From: Candidatus Kapaibacterium sp.
GTDB taxonomy: Bacteria > Bacteroidota > Ignavibacteria > Kapaibacteriales > UBA961
Reading direction: 5' to 3'
Assembly: GCA_046328995.1 (NCBI GenBank)
Contig: JAXLVN010000001.1
Location: 542,593-606,592 of the forward strand
Length of the DNA: 64,000 nucleotides
Positions within the stretch are counted from its first letter, which is position 1; each line of letters begins with the position of its first letter. The notes beneath the pieces were generated by a model. That model saw only the letters and a list, made by a program, of their open reading frames with translations. It made no database searches and was not told the origin of the DNA. Below, piece after piece: positions 35,815 through 46,478 of this stretch. Position numbers and translations under genes: made by a program.

Positions 35815-36013
35815 GTTTATAACGTGTTCATTTTATATGACTTGCATTCGTATAAGAGAAAGAGTTTCCCACAGAGTTTCACAGAGTTTTTCACAGAGTT
35901 CACAGCGGAATACTGCTGTGTGTGACTCTGTGAGCATACCCTTTTTAAAAGTTTTTAATTAGGCCTTCAGAATGACATACTTTTTAATCTATTTTCGTAG
36001 TACACGACCAATA

Positions 36014-36397
36014 TTACCGTTTCAATTCCTGCTGCGCCCGTCGCTGCGCAGAATCCATAATCGCTTTTAGTACTTCGGGTGTATGTGAATATTCCATAAA
36101 CTGCTGCCCGAAGCTGCGCTGGTCATAGCCGTGCTTTGCCATGATACTGGTCACTCCGCTATCTGCCTTGATGCTGTCCTGGATCTGTTCGCGGGCGATG
36201 AGGATTTCCATGTAGGTTTGGGTAAAATTCTCTTTTTTGTCCGTCCAGCCGTCTTCGGAACAGCTTGTGAGACTACAAAATATGCTCACTAGAAGAACTA
36301 AAAGAACGCCTGGACGGCAAGGGTGACCGCAAACTGTCGATGGGATTTGAGCTGAGGGAATCAATTGATTCATGAAATAATAATAGCCGATTCGCAT
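36014..36397 (-). CDS. Hypothetical lipoprotein
   Basis: 127-aa ORF with hydrophobic N-terminus and lipobox (SLTSC). Start uncertain (36397 or 36373). Confidence 0.45.
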   Translation of the reverse strand: MRIGYYYFMNQLIPSAQIPSTVCGHPCRPGVLLVLLVSIFCSLTSCSEDGWTDKKENFTQTYMEILIAREQIQDSIKADSGVTSIMAKHGYDQRSFGQQFMEYSHTPEVLKAIMDSAQRRAQQELKR

Positions 36398-36520
36398 ATA
36401 TTTTGAGTAGATTGTTTGATAGTTGCTCGAAATTTTGTTTATTGCCGTTTGATTTGCTGTAAAATTACGGCAAAATTGAAGAACAATGACCTTTTACAAA
36501 CTACTTGACGGAATCGAACA

Positions 36521-38299
36521 ATGATTTTTAGGAAAAGAACGCACACGTGTGGTGAATTGCGCACGGAGAATTCGGGTGAGAAAATTGTCCTCAACGGCTG
36601 GGTGAATTCCCATAGAAATATGGGAGGTCTGATGTTTATCGATGTGCGAGACCGTTATGGTATCACACAAGCGGTAATCCTCCCGGATGTCGCCCCCGAG
36701 CTCGCTGAACGTGCCAAGGAAATCCGTTCGGAATTCGTTGTGTGGATCGCCGGCACCGTGCGCGAGCGCGAGAACCCGAACAAAAACATCCCAACCGGCC
36801 TCATCGAAGTGCTCGTCGAGGAATTCGAGATTATCAACCGTTCGGAAGTGCCCCCATTTGAAATTTCGTCCGAAACCAATGCCAACGAAGAGCTTCGTCT
36901 CACCTATCGTTACCTCGATATGCGCCGCCCTGATTTACAGAAAAAGTTTATCCTCCGGAATCATCTCTATCAGATTACTCATCAATACTTTGCGCAGCAT
37001 AACTTTCTCGAATTCGAGACGCCGATATTGACCAAATCAACTCCTGAAGGCGCGCGCGATTATCTTGTGCCAAGCCGCGTGCACAAGGGTAATTTTTATG
37101 CCCTGCCGCAATCGCCGCAACTCTACAAACAAATTCTGATGATGAGCGGTTTTGATAGATATATGCAGATTGTAAAGTGTTTTAGAGATGAAGACTTACG
37201 CGCCGACCGCCAACCGGAATTCACCCAAATTGACGTGGAAATGTCATTCATCGAACAAGATGATATCCTCACCATTGCCGAGAATTTCACGGCAAAAGCT
37301 TGGAAAGAAATTCTTGGGTATGAAGTAGCCACACCTTTCAAACGCATGACGTTCAACGAATGTATGACACGTTATGGAAGCGACAAACCGGACCTTCGTT
37401 ATGGTCTTGAGCTTACAGAAATTACTGATATTGTTCGGAATTCCGGCTTTTCGGTATTCACAAATGCAATTGCCAAGAAAGACGGTACTGTAGCTCTCCT
37501 CAATGCCAAAGGATGCGCTGAATTCTCCCGTAAACAGCTCGATGAACTCACCGATTACGCCAAAAAATATGGAGCCGGCGGACTCGCGTGGATGAAATTT
37601 ACGGATGGCGCGGTGACGAGTCCGATCGCGAAATTCCTTACCGAAGATGAGATTGCAGCGATTAAGTCTGCCTCGAATGCTGTCGATGGTGATTTACTCT
37701 TGATTGCAGCTGATGAGTGGGAACGTTGTTTTACGATTCTCGGAGCATTGCGCACCGAAGTAGCTCGCAGAACCGGAATATTGGACAGTGTAAAGGGTAC
37801 ATTTTCGTTCCATTGGGTGGTGGAATTCCCGCTTTTGGAGTATTCTGAAGAGGAAAACCGCTACATCGCGCGGCATCATCCGTTCACGGCACCGATGGCG
37901 GAAGACGTTCATTTGCTCGACACGACGCCCGAAAAAGCGCGCGCGCAGACACATGATTTGGTGATAAACGGCTATGAAGCAGCAGGCGGAAGTATAAGAA
38001 TTCATCAGAATGCGGTGCAGCAGAGAATGTTTGATTTGATTGGGCTTACAATAGAAGAAGCAGAACAGAAATTCGGCTTTTTGCTTACTGCACTCAAGTT
38101 CGGCGCTCCTCCTCATGGTGGAATTGCCTTTGGATTAGACAGACTTGCGATGTTGCTGGCAAGCACAGATAATATCCGCGAAGTAATTGCATTTCCTAAA
38201 ACAACGAGCGCTCTTTCGCTGATGGATGGATGTCCGTCAGAAGTCGTCGATGAGCAATTGAAGAATTTGGGAATTGCGCTGCGTACGGTGGAGAAGTAA
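36521..38299 (+). CDS. aspS: Aspartate--tRNA ligase
   Basis: 592 aa. RTHTCGELR, an OB-fold N-terminus, class II motifs (FRDEDLRADRQPEFTQID, GGSIRIH, GLDRLAML) and the GAD insertion. Confidence 0.95.
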   Translation: MIFRKRTHTCGELRTENSGEKIVLNGWVNSHRNMGGLMFIDVRDRYGITQAVILPDVAPELAERAKEIRSEFVVWIAGTVRERENPNKNIPTGLIEVLVEEFEIINRSEVPPFEISSETNANEELRLTYRYLDMRRPDLQKKFILRNHLYQITHQYFAQHNFLEFETPILTKSTPEGARDYLVPSRVHKGNFYALPQSPQLYKQILMMSGFDRYMQIVKCFRDEDLRADRQPEFTQIDVEMSFIEQDDILTIAENFTAKAWKEILGYEVATPFKRMTFNECMTRYGSDKPDLRYGLELTEITDIVRNSGFSVFTNAIAKKDGTVALLNAKGCAEFSRKQLDELTDYAKKYGAGGLAWMKFTDGAVTSPIAKFLTEDEIAAIKSASNAVDGDLLLIAADEWERCFTILGALRTEVARRTGILDSVKGTFSFHWVVEFPLLEYSEEENRYIARHHPFTAPMAEDVHLLDTTPEKARAQTHDLVINGYEAAGGSIRIHQNAVQQRMFDLIGLTIEEAEQKFGFLLTALKFGAPPHGGIAFGLDRLAMLLASTDNIREVIAFPKTTSALSLMDGCPSEVVDEQLKNLGIALRTVEK

Positions 38300-38345
38300 T
38301 ACTACAATGCTGTTAAAATTTGATACTAATGTATTTTAACAACGC

Positions 38346-38454
38346 TGTCATTCTTTGCCCTTCTTAGGGCGAAGAATCGAAACTTGCTGTACGGTCAATC
38401 TATTCCCATCCTCAAGTTTCGATTCTTCAGTCGAAGACTCCTTCAGAATAACAT
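38346..38454. repeat. Inverted-repeat (MITE/REP-like) element, copy 2
   Basis: TGTCATTCTTTGCCCTTCTTAGGGCGAAGAATCGAAAC ... GTTTCGATTCTTCAGTCGAAGACTCCTTCAGAATAACA. Same orientation as copy 1. Confidence 0.75.
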
Positions 38455-38544
38455 GCTTTATATGTACTATTCGACGAAGCAAAAACCTTTACAAAACAAA
38501 CAAAAATTACCTATAACAAACCCAATTAACAGAAAGAAAAATTG

Positions 38545-40443
38545 ATGAGAAAATGGCGAACAGAAGACGCGGCTGAATTATATAATGTCAATGGCTGGGG
38601 AATTAACTACTTTGGAATCAACGACAAAGGCAATGTGACGGTGAGTCCGCGGAAGTCCAAGGGTCCGGCGATTGACCTCAAAGAACTAGTCGAAGACTTA
38701 ATGCTGCGGGACGTCGCGCTTCCGGTGTTGCTCCGCTTCCCCGATATTTTGGATAACCGTATTGAGAAGATATCCGGGTGTTTTCATATCGCATCCGAGG
38801 AATACAACTATCAGGGTAATTACTATAATGTCTATCCGATTAAAGTCAATCAGCAGCGTCCGGTGGTCGAGGAAATCGTTCGTCATGGCAAGAAATTCCA
38901 TATTGGACTTGAGGCCGGCTCGAAACCCGAGCTTCATGCCGTACTTGCGATTATGGATAATCCCGACGCACTTATTATCTGTAATGGCTATAAAGATGAG
39001 GAATTTATCGAGCTTGCACTGCTTGCGCAGAAAATGGGTAAACGCATCTTTATCGTTGTCGAAAAGCTCAACGAACTCAAGCTCATCAAGTCGGTGGCAG
39101 AACGTGTGAATGTACGACCGAATATCGGTATCCGCATCAAGCTTGCGGCATCCGGAAGCGGCAAATGGGAAGAATCCGGCGGCGATCAGAGTAAATTTGG
39201 TCTCACGGCAAGTGAATTACTTGAAGCTATTACCTACGCACGCGAAGCCGATATTCTTGAGTGTATCAAGTTGATTCACTTTCATTTAGGCAGTCAAATT
39301 ACGAATATCCGTAAAATCAAATCCGGACTCCGTGAAGTAGCGCAATTTTATATTCAAATTCAGCAACTTGGTTGTTCGATTGAATTTGTCGATATCGGTG
39401 GCGGTTTAGGCGTCGATTACGACGGTTCACGTTCAAGCGCAAATAACAGTATCAATTACTCAATTCAGGAGTATGCCAATGATGCTATATACACGCTTAA
39501 AGACGCAGCCGACAAAAATGGACTTCCCCATCCTCATTTAATTACGGAGTCGGGGCGCGCGCTGACGGCGCATCATTCGGTATTGGTGTTCAATGTGCTC
39601 GAGACCTCTACTCCACCAAATCTCAGTGAAGAACATCGCAAGATACAGGATAATGATCATGATATCACGCGCGAACTCAAGAAAATTCTCATGAATTTAT
39701 CTAGCAGGAGTATGATCGAGTCGTGGCATGATGCGCAGCAAATGAGAGAAGAAGCGCTCGATTTGTTTAGTCTTGGCCTGCTCGACCTGACAATACGTGC
39801 TCAAGTGGAGAGTTTGTATTGGACAATAGCCGGTGAAGTACGTCGCTTGACTGCGGAAATGAAACATCCTCCGGAGGAATTACGCACATTACCCAAGATG
39901 CTTGCAGATAAGTACTTCTGTAATTTCTCGCTCTTTCAGTCATTGCCGGATTCGTGGGCAATTGATCAGCTCTTCCCTATTATGCCGATACATCGCTTGC
40001 AGGAAAAACCAATGCGTGAGGCAACGCTTCAGGATATAACCTGCGATTCCGACGGTAAGATTGATAAATTTGTCGGACCGAGGGATTTTGTGCCGTATAT
40101 CCCGGTGCATGACTTGAAGGAAGGCGAACCGTATTATTTGGCGGTGTTCTTGGTAGGCGCGTATCAGGAAATTTTGGGTGATTTGCATAATCTCTTCGGC
40201 GATACAAATGCAGTACACGTCATCACCGACGGTGATGGTTATGAAATCCAGCAAATCCTTGATGGTGAAACGGTTGCCGATGTGCTTGATTATGTGCAGT
40301 TCAGCGCTAAGAAGTTAGTTCGGACCATGGAAACGTGGGTAAGTAATTCGGTCAAAGAAGGCAAGATTTCAGTACTCGAAGGCAAAGAATTCTTAACGAT
40401 TTACCGTTCGGGTTTGTATGGATATACATATCTCGAAGTATAA
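38545..40443 (+). CDS. speA: Biosynthetic arginine decarboxylase
   Basis: 632 aa from the ATG at 38545. WRTEDAAELYNVNGWG.., VYPIKVNQQ, HFHLGSQI and GGGLGVDYDG are SpeA signatures. Confidence 0.95.
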   Translation: MRKWRTEDAAELYNVNGWGINYFGINDKGNVTVSPRKSKGPAIDLKELVEDLMLRDVALPVLLRFPDILDNRIEKISGCFHIASEEYNYQGNYYNVYPIKVNQQRPVVEEIVRHGKKFHIGLEAGSKPELHAVLAIMDNPDALIICNGYKDEEFIELALLAQKMGKRIFIVVEKLNELKLIKSVAERVNVRPNIGIRIKLAASGSGKWEESGGDQSKFGLTASELLEAITYAREADILECIKLIHFHLGSQITNIRKIKSGLREVAQFYIQIQQLGCSIEFVDIGGGLGVDYDGSRSSANNSINYSIQEYANDAIYTLKDAADKNGLPHPHLITESGRALTAHHSVLVFNVLETSTPPNLSEEHRKIQDNDHDITRELKKILMNLSSRSMIESWHDAQQMREEALDLFSLGLLDLTIRAQVESLYWTIAGEVRRLTAEMKHPPEELRTLPKMLADKYFCNFSLFQSLPDSWAIDQLFPIMPIHRLQEKPMREATLQDITCDSDGKIDKFVGPRDFVPYIPVHDLKEGEPYYLAVFLVGAYQEILGDLHNLFGDTNAVHVITDGDGYEIQQILDGETVADVLDYVQFSAKKLVRTMETWVSNSVKEGKISVLEGKEFLTIYRSGLYGYTYLEV

Positions 40444-40470
40444 ACAAGAATCATACGATACAATTAGGGA

Positions 40471-40497
40471 AGCCGGTTACACGACCGGCTTTTTTTA
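40471..40497 (+). terminator. Intrinsic terminator downstream of speA
   Basis: AGCCGGT-TACACG-ACCGGCT followed by TTTTTTT. Overlaps the last codons of the convergent gene. Confidence 0.75.
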
Positions 40498-41634
40498 TTG
40501 CCCTTGATAATACGCGCGTACCGCTTCGATTACTCGTGCTTGTGAGTGTTCATCGAGCCCATAAAACAACGGTAAACGCACCAGACATTCCGAGAAGCGG
40601 TCGGCATTCGGGAGCTGACGACCATCATGCTTTGAATGGAAATATGCACTCTTGTGCAATGACTGATAGTGAAATGCAGATTGAATATGCTTGCTTTTAA
40701 GGGAATTCATGAGGTTGGTACGCTCTTCCGGTGAACGGCATACGAGGTAAAACAGATGTGCATTATGACGAGCGTAGTGTGGCACGAGAGGGATACCCAC
40801 TCCATACGTAGTGTGTAATGATATCAATTCATTATAATAATTGAGCCAAAGTTTTGCGCGGCGTGACTGTATATCGTCGAGTTCCATAAGTTGCGCGTAG
40901 AGCAGAGCCGCAAGGATATCCGACGGCAAGAACGATGACCCTACATCTACCCAACCGTATTTGTTAATTTCACCCCGAAAAAACGCTGATCGGTTCGTTC
41001 CCTTTTCGCGAATAATTTCGGCACGCTTGCCCACCTTGGGATCATTGACGATCAGCAGACCGCCTTCACCGCAGATGATATTCTTTGTTTCGTGAAATGA
41101 AAGAGCGCCAAGATCTCCTATTCCTCCCAACGGCTTATCATTATGAAATGCATCAATTCCCTGCGCTGCATCTTCAACTACTCGAATACGATAGCGTTCA
41201 GCAAGGTTCATAATCGACGACATATCACAGGCAATACCGGCATAATGCACCACGACAATCGCTTTAGTACGTGGCGTAATAAGCGCTTCAATTGCTACCG
41301 GATCGATATTGGGATTATCGGGATAACTATCGGCAAAGACAATCTTTGCACCTCGGAGTATAAATGGATTCGCCGATGAAACGAAGGTATAGGACGGCAT
41401 TATAACTTCATCACCCTCTTGTATTTCAAGGAGTAACGCACAGATTTCGAGCGCATCGGTGCATGATGTGGTGAGCATCGTTTTAGGGAATTGATAGCGG
41501 GATTCGAAGTAGTCCGAACATAATTTCGTGAACGGTCCATCCCCTGAAATTTTCCCCGTTTGCAATGATTGGGAGATTGTGCTGAGTTCTTTTGTTGTGA
41601 AGTGCGGCTTGTTAAATGGAATCAATGATGGCAT
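40495..41634 (-). CDS. wecE: DegT/DnrJ/EryC1/StrS aminotransferase (dTDP-4-amino-4,6-dideoxygalactose transaminase-like)
   Basis: 379 aa. IPFNKPHFTTKELSTISQSLQTGKISGDGPFTKLC and SFHETKNI (PLP lysine) match WecE-type enzymes. Confidence 0.8.
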   Translation of the reverse strand: MPSLIPFNKPHFTTKELSTISQSLQTGKISGDGPFTKLCSDYFESRYQFPKTMLTTSCTDALEICALLLEIQEGDEVIMPSYTFVSSANPFILRGAKIVFADSYPDNPNIDPVAIEALITPRTKAIVVVHYAGIACDMSSIMNLAERYRIRVVEDAAQGIDAFHNDKPLGGIGDLGALSFHETKNIICGEGGLLIVNDPKVGKRAEIIREKGTNRSAFFRGEINKYGWVDVGSSFLPSDILAALLYAQLMELDDIQSRRAKLWLNYYNELISLHTTYGVGIPLVPHYARHNAHLFYLVCRSPEERTNLMNSLKSKHIQSAFHYQSLHKSAYFHSKHDGRQLPNADRFSECLVRLPLFYGLDEHSQARVIEAVRAYYQGQ

Positions 41635-41639
41635 GTACG

Positions 41640-42821
41640 TTACTTTCCTGATGTTGCTGTATATGCATGATAATAGAGTCGTTTATGCTGTTCTATCGTC
41701 GTTGTCCATTGATGCTTCAGTCGTACCCATTGCGAAGCATTTGCTGCACTGCTTCGGCGCAGCTCCGGATGCTCGGCATACGTCTCCACTGCTTCTGCAA
41801 TTGCTTGCGGGCTATGGGGTTCGATCAACAGACCTCTTCCATCCGTCAATTGCTCCGTCGTGCCGCTTCTATCGGTGCCGATTACGGGCACATTCATCAG
41901 CATTGCATCGAGAACGGAAAGAGAGTACATTTCACCGTACGACGGGAGGACAAATATGTCCATTGAGCCGAGAACGGGCAGATATTCTTTCTGAAATCCA
42001 CGTCGAATAATCTTCGTTTCCAGGCCATTTTCTTTCGTAAAATGTTCTATCCATTCATGCAATTCCCTACCGGACTCTTCATACACGACCGTCCCATCGG
42101 GTAATGTTTCGGCGATAGACGGTTCACCAATGACCCAATATTCGACCTGAGTTTTGACATCCTGCTTGAGGAGAGGATATGATGCGACGAACTCTCTAAT
42201 TCCTTTCAGCACATCAATTCTACTGAGCGTGCCGACGACGATTTTATCGTTTGTTTTTCTGCCAATTGCGCCACGAATTTCCTCGCGTTTTGTATCATCC
42301 AACGTATATTTTTCGACTTCACGGCCGTAGGGCATGAGGTGGATTTTGTTCGGCTTGACAGGTAAATACTTGGCAATATTACGATTGGTATAGTCTGCGG
42401 TTGAACATACTGCATCAATTTTGCTGTAAATATACCGGCTGAGAATGTCTTTTTTGGCGAGTGGTACATTCATATAAATCGAATGGATTTGTCCATAGCG
42501 TTTCGGCGTATTGGCCACGGAAGTAATCCATAGATCTTTACTTTGATGCGTGTGGATTGCTTGGATTGGATAGGAACGAAGGATCCGGCGTAACTGCTTG
42601 ATATTCTGACGGTTCAACCGTCCCATTTCCTGCGTTCGTACGAGAATAATATGAGGAAGTGCAGACAGATACGTATCGACCTCCGAGCCGGCATACACAA
42701 AGGCGATAATAGATTCTCCGCCGGCTAAAAGCTGCTCAATGAGCTGACACACGTAGAGTTCGAGGCCTCCAAATGCCTGAGATATCAGTACATGGAGGAT
42801 AAAGGAGGATACTTGAGCCAT
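41640..42821 (-). CDS. Glycosyltransferase family 4
   Basis: 393 aa with a GT-B fold pattern and a C-terminal EMYSLSVLDAMLMNVPVIGTDRSG (E-x7-E-like) motif. Confidence 0.8.
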   Translation of the reverse strand: MAQVSSFILHVLISQAFGGLELYVCQLIEQLLAGGESIIAFVYAGSEVDTYLSALPHIILVRTQEMGRLNRQNIKQLRRILRSYPIQAIHTHQSKDLWITSVANTPKRYGQIHSIYMNVPLAKKDILSRYIYSKIDAVCSTADYTNRNIAKYLPVKPNKIHLMPYGREVEKYTLDDTKREEIRGAIGRKTNDKIVVGTLSRIDVLKGIREFVASYPLLKQDVKTQVEYWVIGEPSIAETLPDGTVVYEESGRELHEWIEHFTKENGLETKIIRRGFQKEYLPVLGSMDIFVLPSYGEMYSLSVLDAMLMNVPVIGTDRSGTTEQLTDGRGLLIEPHSPQAIAEAVETYAEHPELRRSSAANASQWVRLKHQWTTTIEQHKRLYYHAYTATSGK

Positions 42822-42860
42822 AAAAAAAGAGGGCGATTTCCCGGATAAGAAAATCGCCCT
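42822..42860 (-). terminator. Intrinsic terminator downstream of the CAP/T9SS gene
   Basis: On the minus strand: AGGGCGATTT-tcttatccggg-AAATCGCCCT followed by CTTTTTTTA. Confidence 0.8.
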
Positions 42861-42877
42861 AAAGACTAATTAAACAA

Positions 42878-45154
42878 TTATCGTACTAGTACAATCGGGT
42901 ACGTGAGTACCGAATTACCGAACCGCAATTGATAGTAATACATGCCTTGTGCTGCGTTGTCGGCATTCCATACATAGACTTGTTTGCCGCTTTGCATACC
43001 ATTGCTGAGGACGGTCATCGTCTGTCCGAGCGGATTGAGAATGCTGAGCGTTGCGACTTGAGGAGTCGGCAATTCGAACGTGATGGCTACATCACCGGAG
43101 GTTGGATTCGGAGAAGCAGTTAAATTAATTGCTTGAGCGATATAATCTTCTTGTACACCGCCCGCTGTTTCGATAGTAATTGAGCGAACGTCGCTGAAGT
43201 CGCCCCATCCATTATAATTGCTGGCTCTGACTCTCCAATAGTAAGTATTGCCGCGTTGGAGTACGGAAATGAGCTTCGAGGTGTCTTTGAGGGCTGAATC
43301 ATTGAAGACTAATTTCTTCATCTCAGCATCATACGCGATTTGTAACCAATAGGTATCATTATTCGGCGTGGACTTCCACCCAAAACGTACCCCAGGATTC
43401 TTCGTCGTAAATCCATCAGCAGGATATACTTGCTGACCTTTGTCGGGAAGCAGCAGTCGGGTAAACGTTCGTACTTCCGAAAATTCTCCCCACAGAGCAT
43501 CATTCATAGCAGCAACACGATAAAAATACGTGCTGTCATATTTAAGATTTTTGAATGTATAGCTCGTTGTTTCTACGACTGACGAGTCGTTCACTGCCAT
43601 AAACTCATCAATAAATACATCATTATTAACCGCTAACTGCACTAAATATCGTGTGATTGTCGAATCACCTTTTTTCCATGCAATCGTATAGGTGTCATTC
43701 TTGGTTGATGTGACATTCTCAGAGGTAAGTTCAACCTGACCCGGAATAATTGTAATCGTAAAATCATTTGCTAATGAGAAATCACCCCATCCTGCACCGG
43801 TCTGCGCCTTGACATGCCAGTAATACGTTGTTCCGTTCTTCAAATCTTTCACATCAATCATCGTATCAGTGAGTGCCTGATTGGTAACGATCGGATTTAA
43901 GAAGTCTTCATTGTCAGCCAGCTCGAACCAATATGCCGACACATTGCCGGGGCTCTTGTACCAGCGGAAGGTAACTGCTTTTTTCGCGAGTAATTCCGAC
44001 AAGCCGGGATATTCAAGTGATACCTGACCCGGAAGCGGAGAAGTAAAGTCAACTTTAACATTTTGACCGGAAAGAACTGCATTTTTTACAACAGTTGAAC
44101 CAAGAGCGCCGCCTTTTGCTTCAATCGTAATTGAGCCAGTTGTGCCAGGAGCTATCGAAATAGCATATCCTCCCGATGTGGAGGTTACTGCATAAAAATT
44201 TCCCTTTGAAGGTGTAATTGTAACTCCGGAAAGTCCTTCACCAATATCATAGAATCCGTTGTTATTATTATCTTTATAGACAACTCCACATATAAAAGAA
44301 GTATCCCGTGCTCCAAAATCTTCGGTAATTGCCATTTTGCCGGAATGCTTTGTAATACCGATACCGATTTCTTTAAAAACGCTACCATCAAAATTCAAGC
44401 AATTTCTGCGGTGGCCGAGTTCGATTTCGTTGGTCGGTCCCCAGTCCACCAGGAATCCAGCATGACCATACCATGGGCTCGATGCATCTTTGAAGATATT
44501 CTCTCCTGCGCTACTCCATCCTGTATATCCTGCAGCATTCATTCTGTCAAATGGCGAGCTGCCATTGCGACCGGTGTGGTCCTGAATACCTGTCTCGACC
44601 ATCCAATCCGAATGCAAGCGGGCTGCTGTAATAATTTTTGAGTTAAATGCCAGAGGCGGCTGCACCGGATAGCTGGCAAAGTCATTTTTGAGTTTTGTCA
44701 AATTCACTTTCCAATAGCTGAATGCTTGTAATAAATCGGCATCTTTCGTCGTAGCGATGCGAATTCCTTCTTCTTTCGGATTCGAGCGGGCACGATTGAT
44801 GTATTCCAGGATGAGCTGCTCTTCCGGAGTAGGATCTCCGTGAGAATAGAGAGTGAGGGCGGGCTTGAGCGCTTTTTCGCTTTTAGCAGTAGGCTGCGCT
44901 TCGACAACGGGCTTCACCATGACCGGCGGATGCGGTGCCGGCTGCGGATATTTTGAATTTTCAAGAGTTTGCGCCGATACCGGTTGGAGATTTTTAGGAA
45001 TAGCGGAACTATATTTCACCATCAATTGCTGAGAATTACCGGTGTAATTCTGTGGCACATACGGCTTTTCCTTGGCCGTTTCCCCTGCAATTGTCAGCTG
45101 GAATGATGCAGTCAGCATACATGCCACCGACAACCAAAACGTATTTTTTTTCAT
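42878..45154 (-). CDS. Secreted CAP (SCP/PR-1-like) domain protein with a T9SS type A C-terminal sorting domain
   Basis: 758 aa with a signal peptide. The CAP region contains EEQLILEYINRARSNP...GHRRN, followed by repeated Ig/FN3-like modules. C-terminal tail ..MYYYQLRFGNSVLTYPIVLVR. Confidence 0.75.
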   Translation of the reverse strand: MKKNTFWLSVACMLTASFQLTIAGETAKEKPYVPQNYTGNSQQLMVKYSSAIPKNLQPVSAQTLENSKYPQPAPHPPVMVKPVVEAQPTAKSEKALKPALTLYSHGDPTPEEQLILEYINRARSNPKEEGIRIATTKDADLLQAFSYWKVNLTKLKNDFASYPVQPPLAFNSKIITAARLHSDWMVETGIQDHTGRNGSSPFDRMNAAGYTGWSSAGENIFKDASSPWYGHAGFLVDWGPTNEIELGHRRNCLNFDGSVFKEIGIGITKHSGKMAITEDFGARDTSFICGVVYKDNNNNGFYDIGEGLSGVTITPSKGNFYAVTSTSGGYAISIAPGTTGSITIEAKGGALGSTVVKNAVLSGQNVKVDFTSPLPGQVSLEYPGLSELLAKKAVTFRWYKSPGNVSAYWFELADNEDFLNPIVTNQALTDTMIDVKDLKNGTTYYWHVKAQTGAGWGDFSLANDFTITIIPGQVELTSENVTSTKNDTYTIAWKKGDSTITRYLVQLAVNNDVFIDEFMAVNDSSVVETTSYTFKNLKYDSTYFYRVAAMNDALWGEFSEVRTFTRLLLPDKGQQVYPADGFTTKNPGVRFGWKSTPNNDTYWLQIAYDAEMKKLVFNDSALKDTSKLISVLQRGNTYYWRVRASNYNGWGDFSDVRSITIETAGGVQEDYIAQAINLTASPNPTSGDVAITFELPTPQVATLSILNPLGQTMTVLSNGMQSGKQVYVWNADNAAQGMYYYQLRFGNSVLTYPIVLVR

Positions 45155-45221
45155 GCGATAAATCCTTACCGAATAGTTGAAAACTGTAATAGTTACACAA
45201 TAATTTGCAATTTACGAAATT

Positions 45222-46460
45222 TCAGGAAATTGAATGATATACTGTTTTCCACAGTTCAATTTCTTCCTCAGTAGGCACACAATTCCTGCGTTTCATGACC
45301 GTGCATGCGACCTCGATAGCCTTGTCTAGTATAAAACGGTCTTGATTGTCTCCCCATGTAAAGGAAGGAATCTCAGTCGGTTTATACCCTGTTCCGAAGA
45401 TATTTGCAAAAATACCTGCGACTGTTCCTGTGGAAAACATAGTAGAAATGCCACTTTTGGAGTGATCACCGCACAGTAGTCCTAAATACATAGAGCCCGT
45501 ATCGACTTTTGCAGAATTGAGCAGAACAGATATATTTCCATACGTATTCTTGAGGTCTGAAGTATTGGTGTCTGCCCCCAGATTCACCCATTCTCCGATA
45601 TAGGAATGACCAAGAAAACCGTCGTGCTGCTTATTGCTGTAGGATTGGAGAATTGAGTTCTCGACTTCCCCACCGACCTTACACCAGGGTCCGATACTTG
45701 TCTGAGGATAAATTTTAGCCCCGATTTTAACGATAGAATTGTCTCCGATCGAACACGGTCCGACGAGTGTTGCCTGCGCCATTATACGCACATTTTTCCC
45801 GAGGATAATTGGACCATCGGTAGCATCAAGAACGACTCCCGGTGAGATTGAGCAATTCTCAGCCGCCAAGACTCCATCGGGGTTCTCGACATAGACCCCC
45901 GCCTGTGGACTACTTTGGAGCGGCTCATACTCATCAAAGACTTGTGCATCATCTTGAATGGCAACGCCATTATAGTCGATTGCATCCCACAGATACGAAA
46001 TAACATCTGCCTCTACCTCGTATGAGCGGGCGTTCTGAAGATGTGGATGGGCGGCAAAACCTTCAAAAAAACATGATCTTGGTTGAAAGACAGTCTCCGT
46101 TTGTGGCAGATAATACGCAATCGGACTATCCTTCGATGTCACAATCATTGGAGTATCCGGCTTGGAATGGAGCTTCGATTCAAGCAGCCGCACCAGACCC
46201 GACGTCAGCAAAAGTGTCGCCTTGACGACCAGGAGATTCCCGGTGGGAAATGCTTGTGTTTCCGGTAGTTCGCGAGCAATAAACGATTGTAGATGTGACC
46301 CGCGGCCAATAAAGTACAACGGATTGTCCGGAAATCGTTTTTCAAACTTTTCGAATAATCGTAGAGCCCCGCACCGCACCTCCCATGCGCAGTGCAGGAG
46401 TGAGAATGGATATAAATTCTGAACCGATTCCGGTTCGGCAAGGAGAATTGAGAATGACAT
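45222..46460 (-). CDS. Putative sugar nucleotidyltransferase with left-handed beta-helix (GlmU-like)
   Basis: 412 aa. The N-terminus ILLAEPESVQNLYPFSLLHCAWEVRCG is followed by hexapeptide repeats in the C-terminal half. Confidence 0.6.
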   Translation of the reverse strand: MSFSILLAEPESVQNLYPFSLLHCAWEVRCGALRLFEKFEKRFPDNPLYFIGRGSHLQSFIARELPETQAFPTGNLLVVKATLLLTSGLVRLLESKLHSKPDTPMIVTSKDSPIAYYLPQTETVFQPRSCFFEGFAAHPHLQNARSYEVEADVISYLWDAIDYNGVAIQDDAQVFDEYEPLQSSPQAGVYVENPDGVLAAENCSISPGVVLDATDGPIILGKNVRIMAQATLVGPCSIGDNSIVKIGAKIYPQTSIGPWCKVGGEVENSILQSYSNKQHDGFLGHSYIGEWVNLGADTNTSDLKNTYGNISVLLNSAKVDTGSMYLGLLCGDHSKSGISTMFSTGTVAGIFANIFGTGYKPTEIPSFTWGDNQDRFILDKAIEVACTVMKRRNCVPTEEEIELWKTVYHSIS

Positions 46461-46478
46461 ACTGAGGATTTTCCCTAA

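Noticed and set aside
41528-42010. ORFs 41528..42010(+) and 41667..41966(+)
   Set aside because: They are antisense to the wecE-like and GT4 genes, both of which have clear family signatures.
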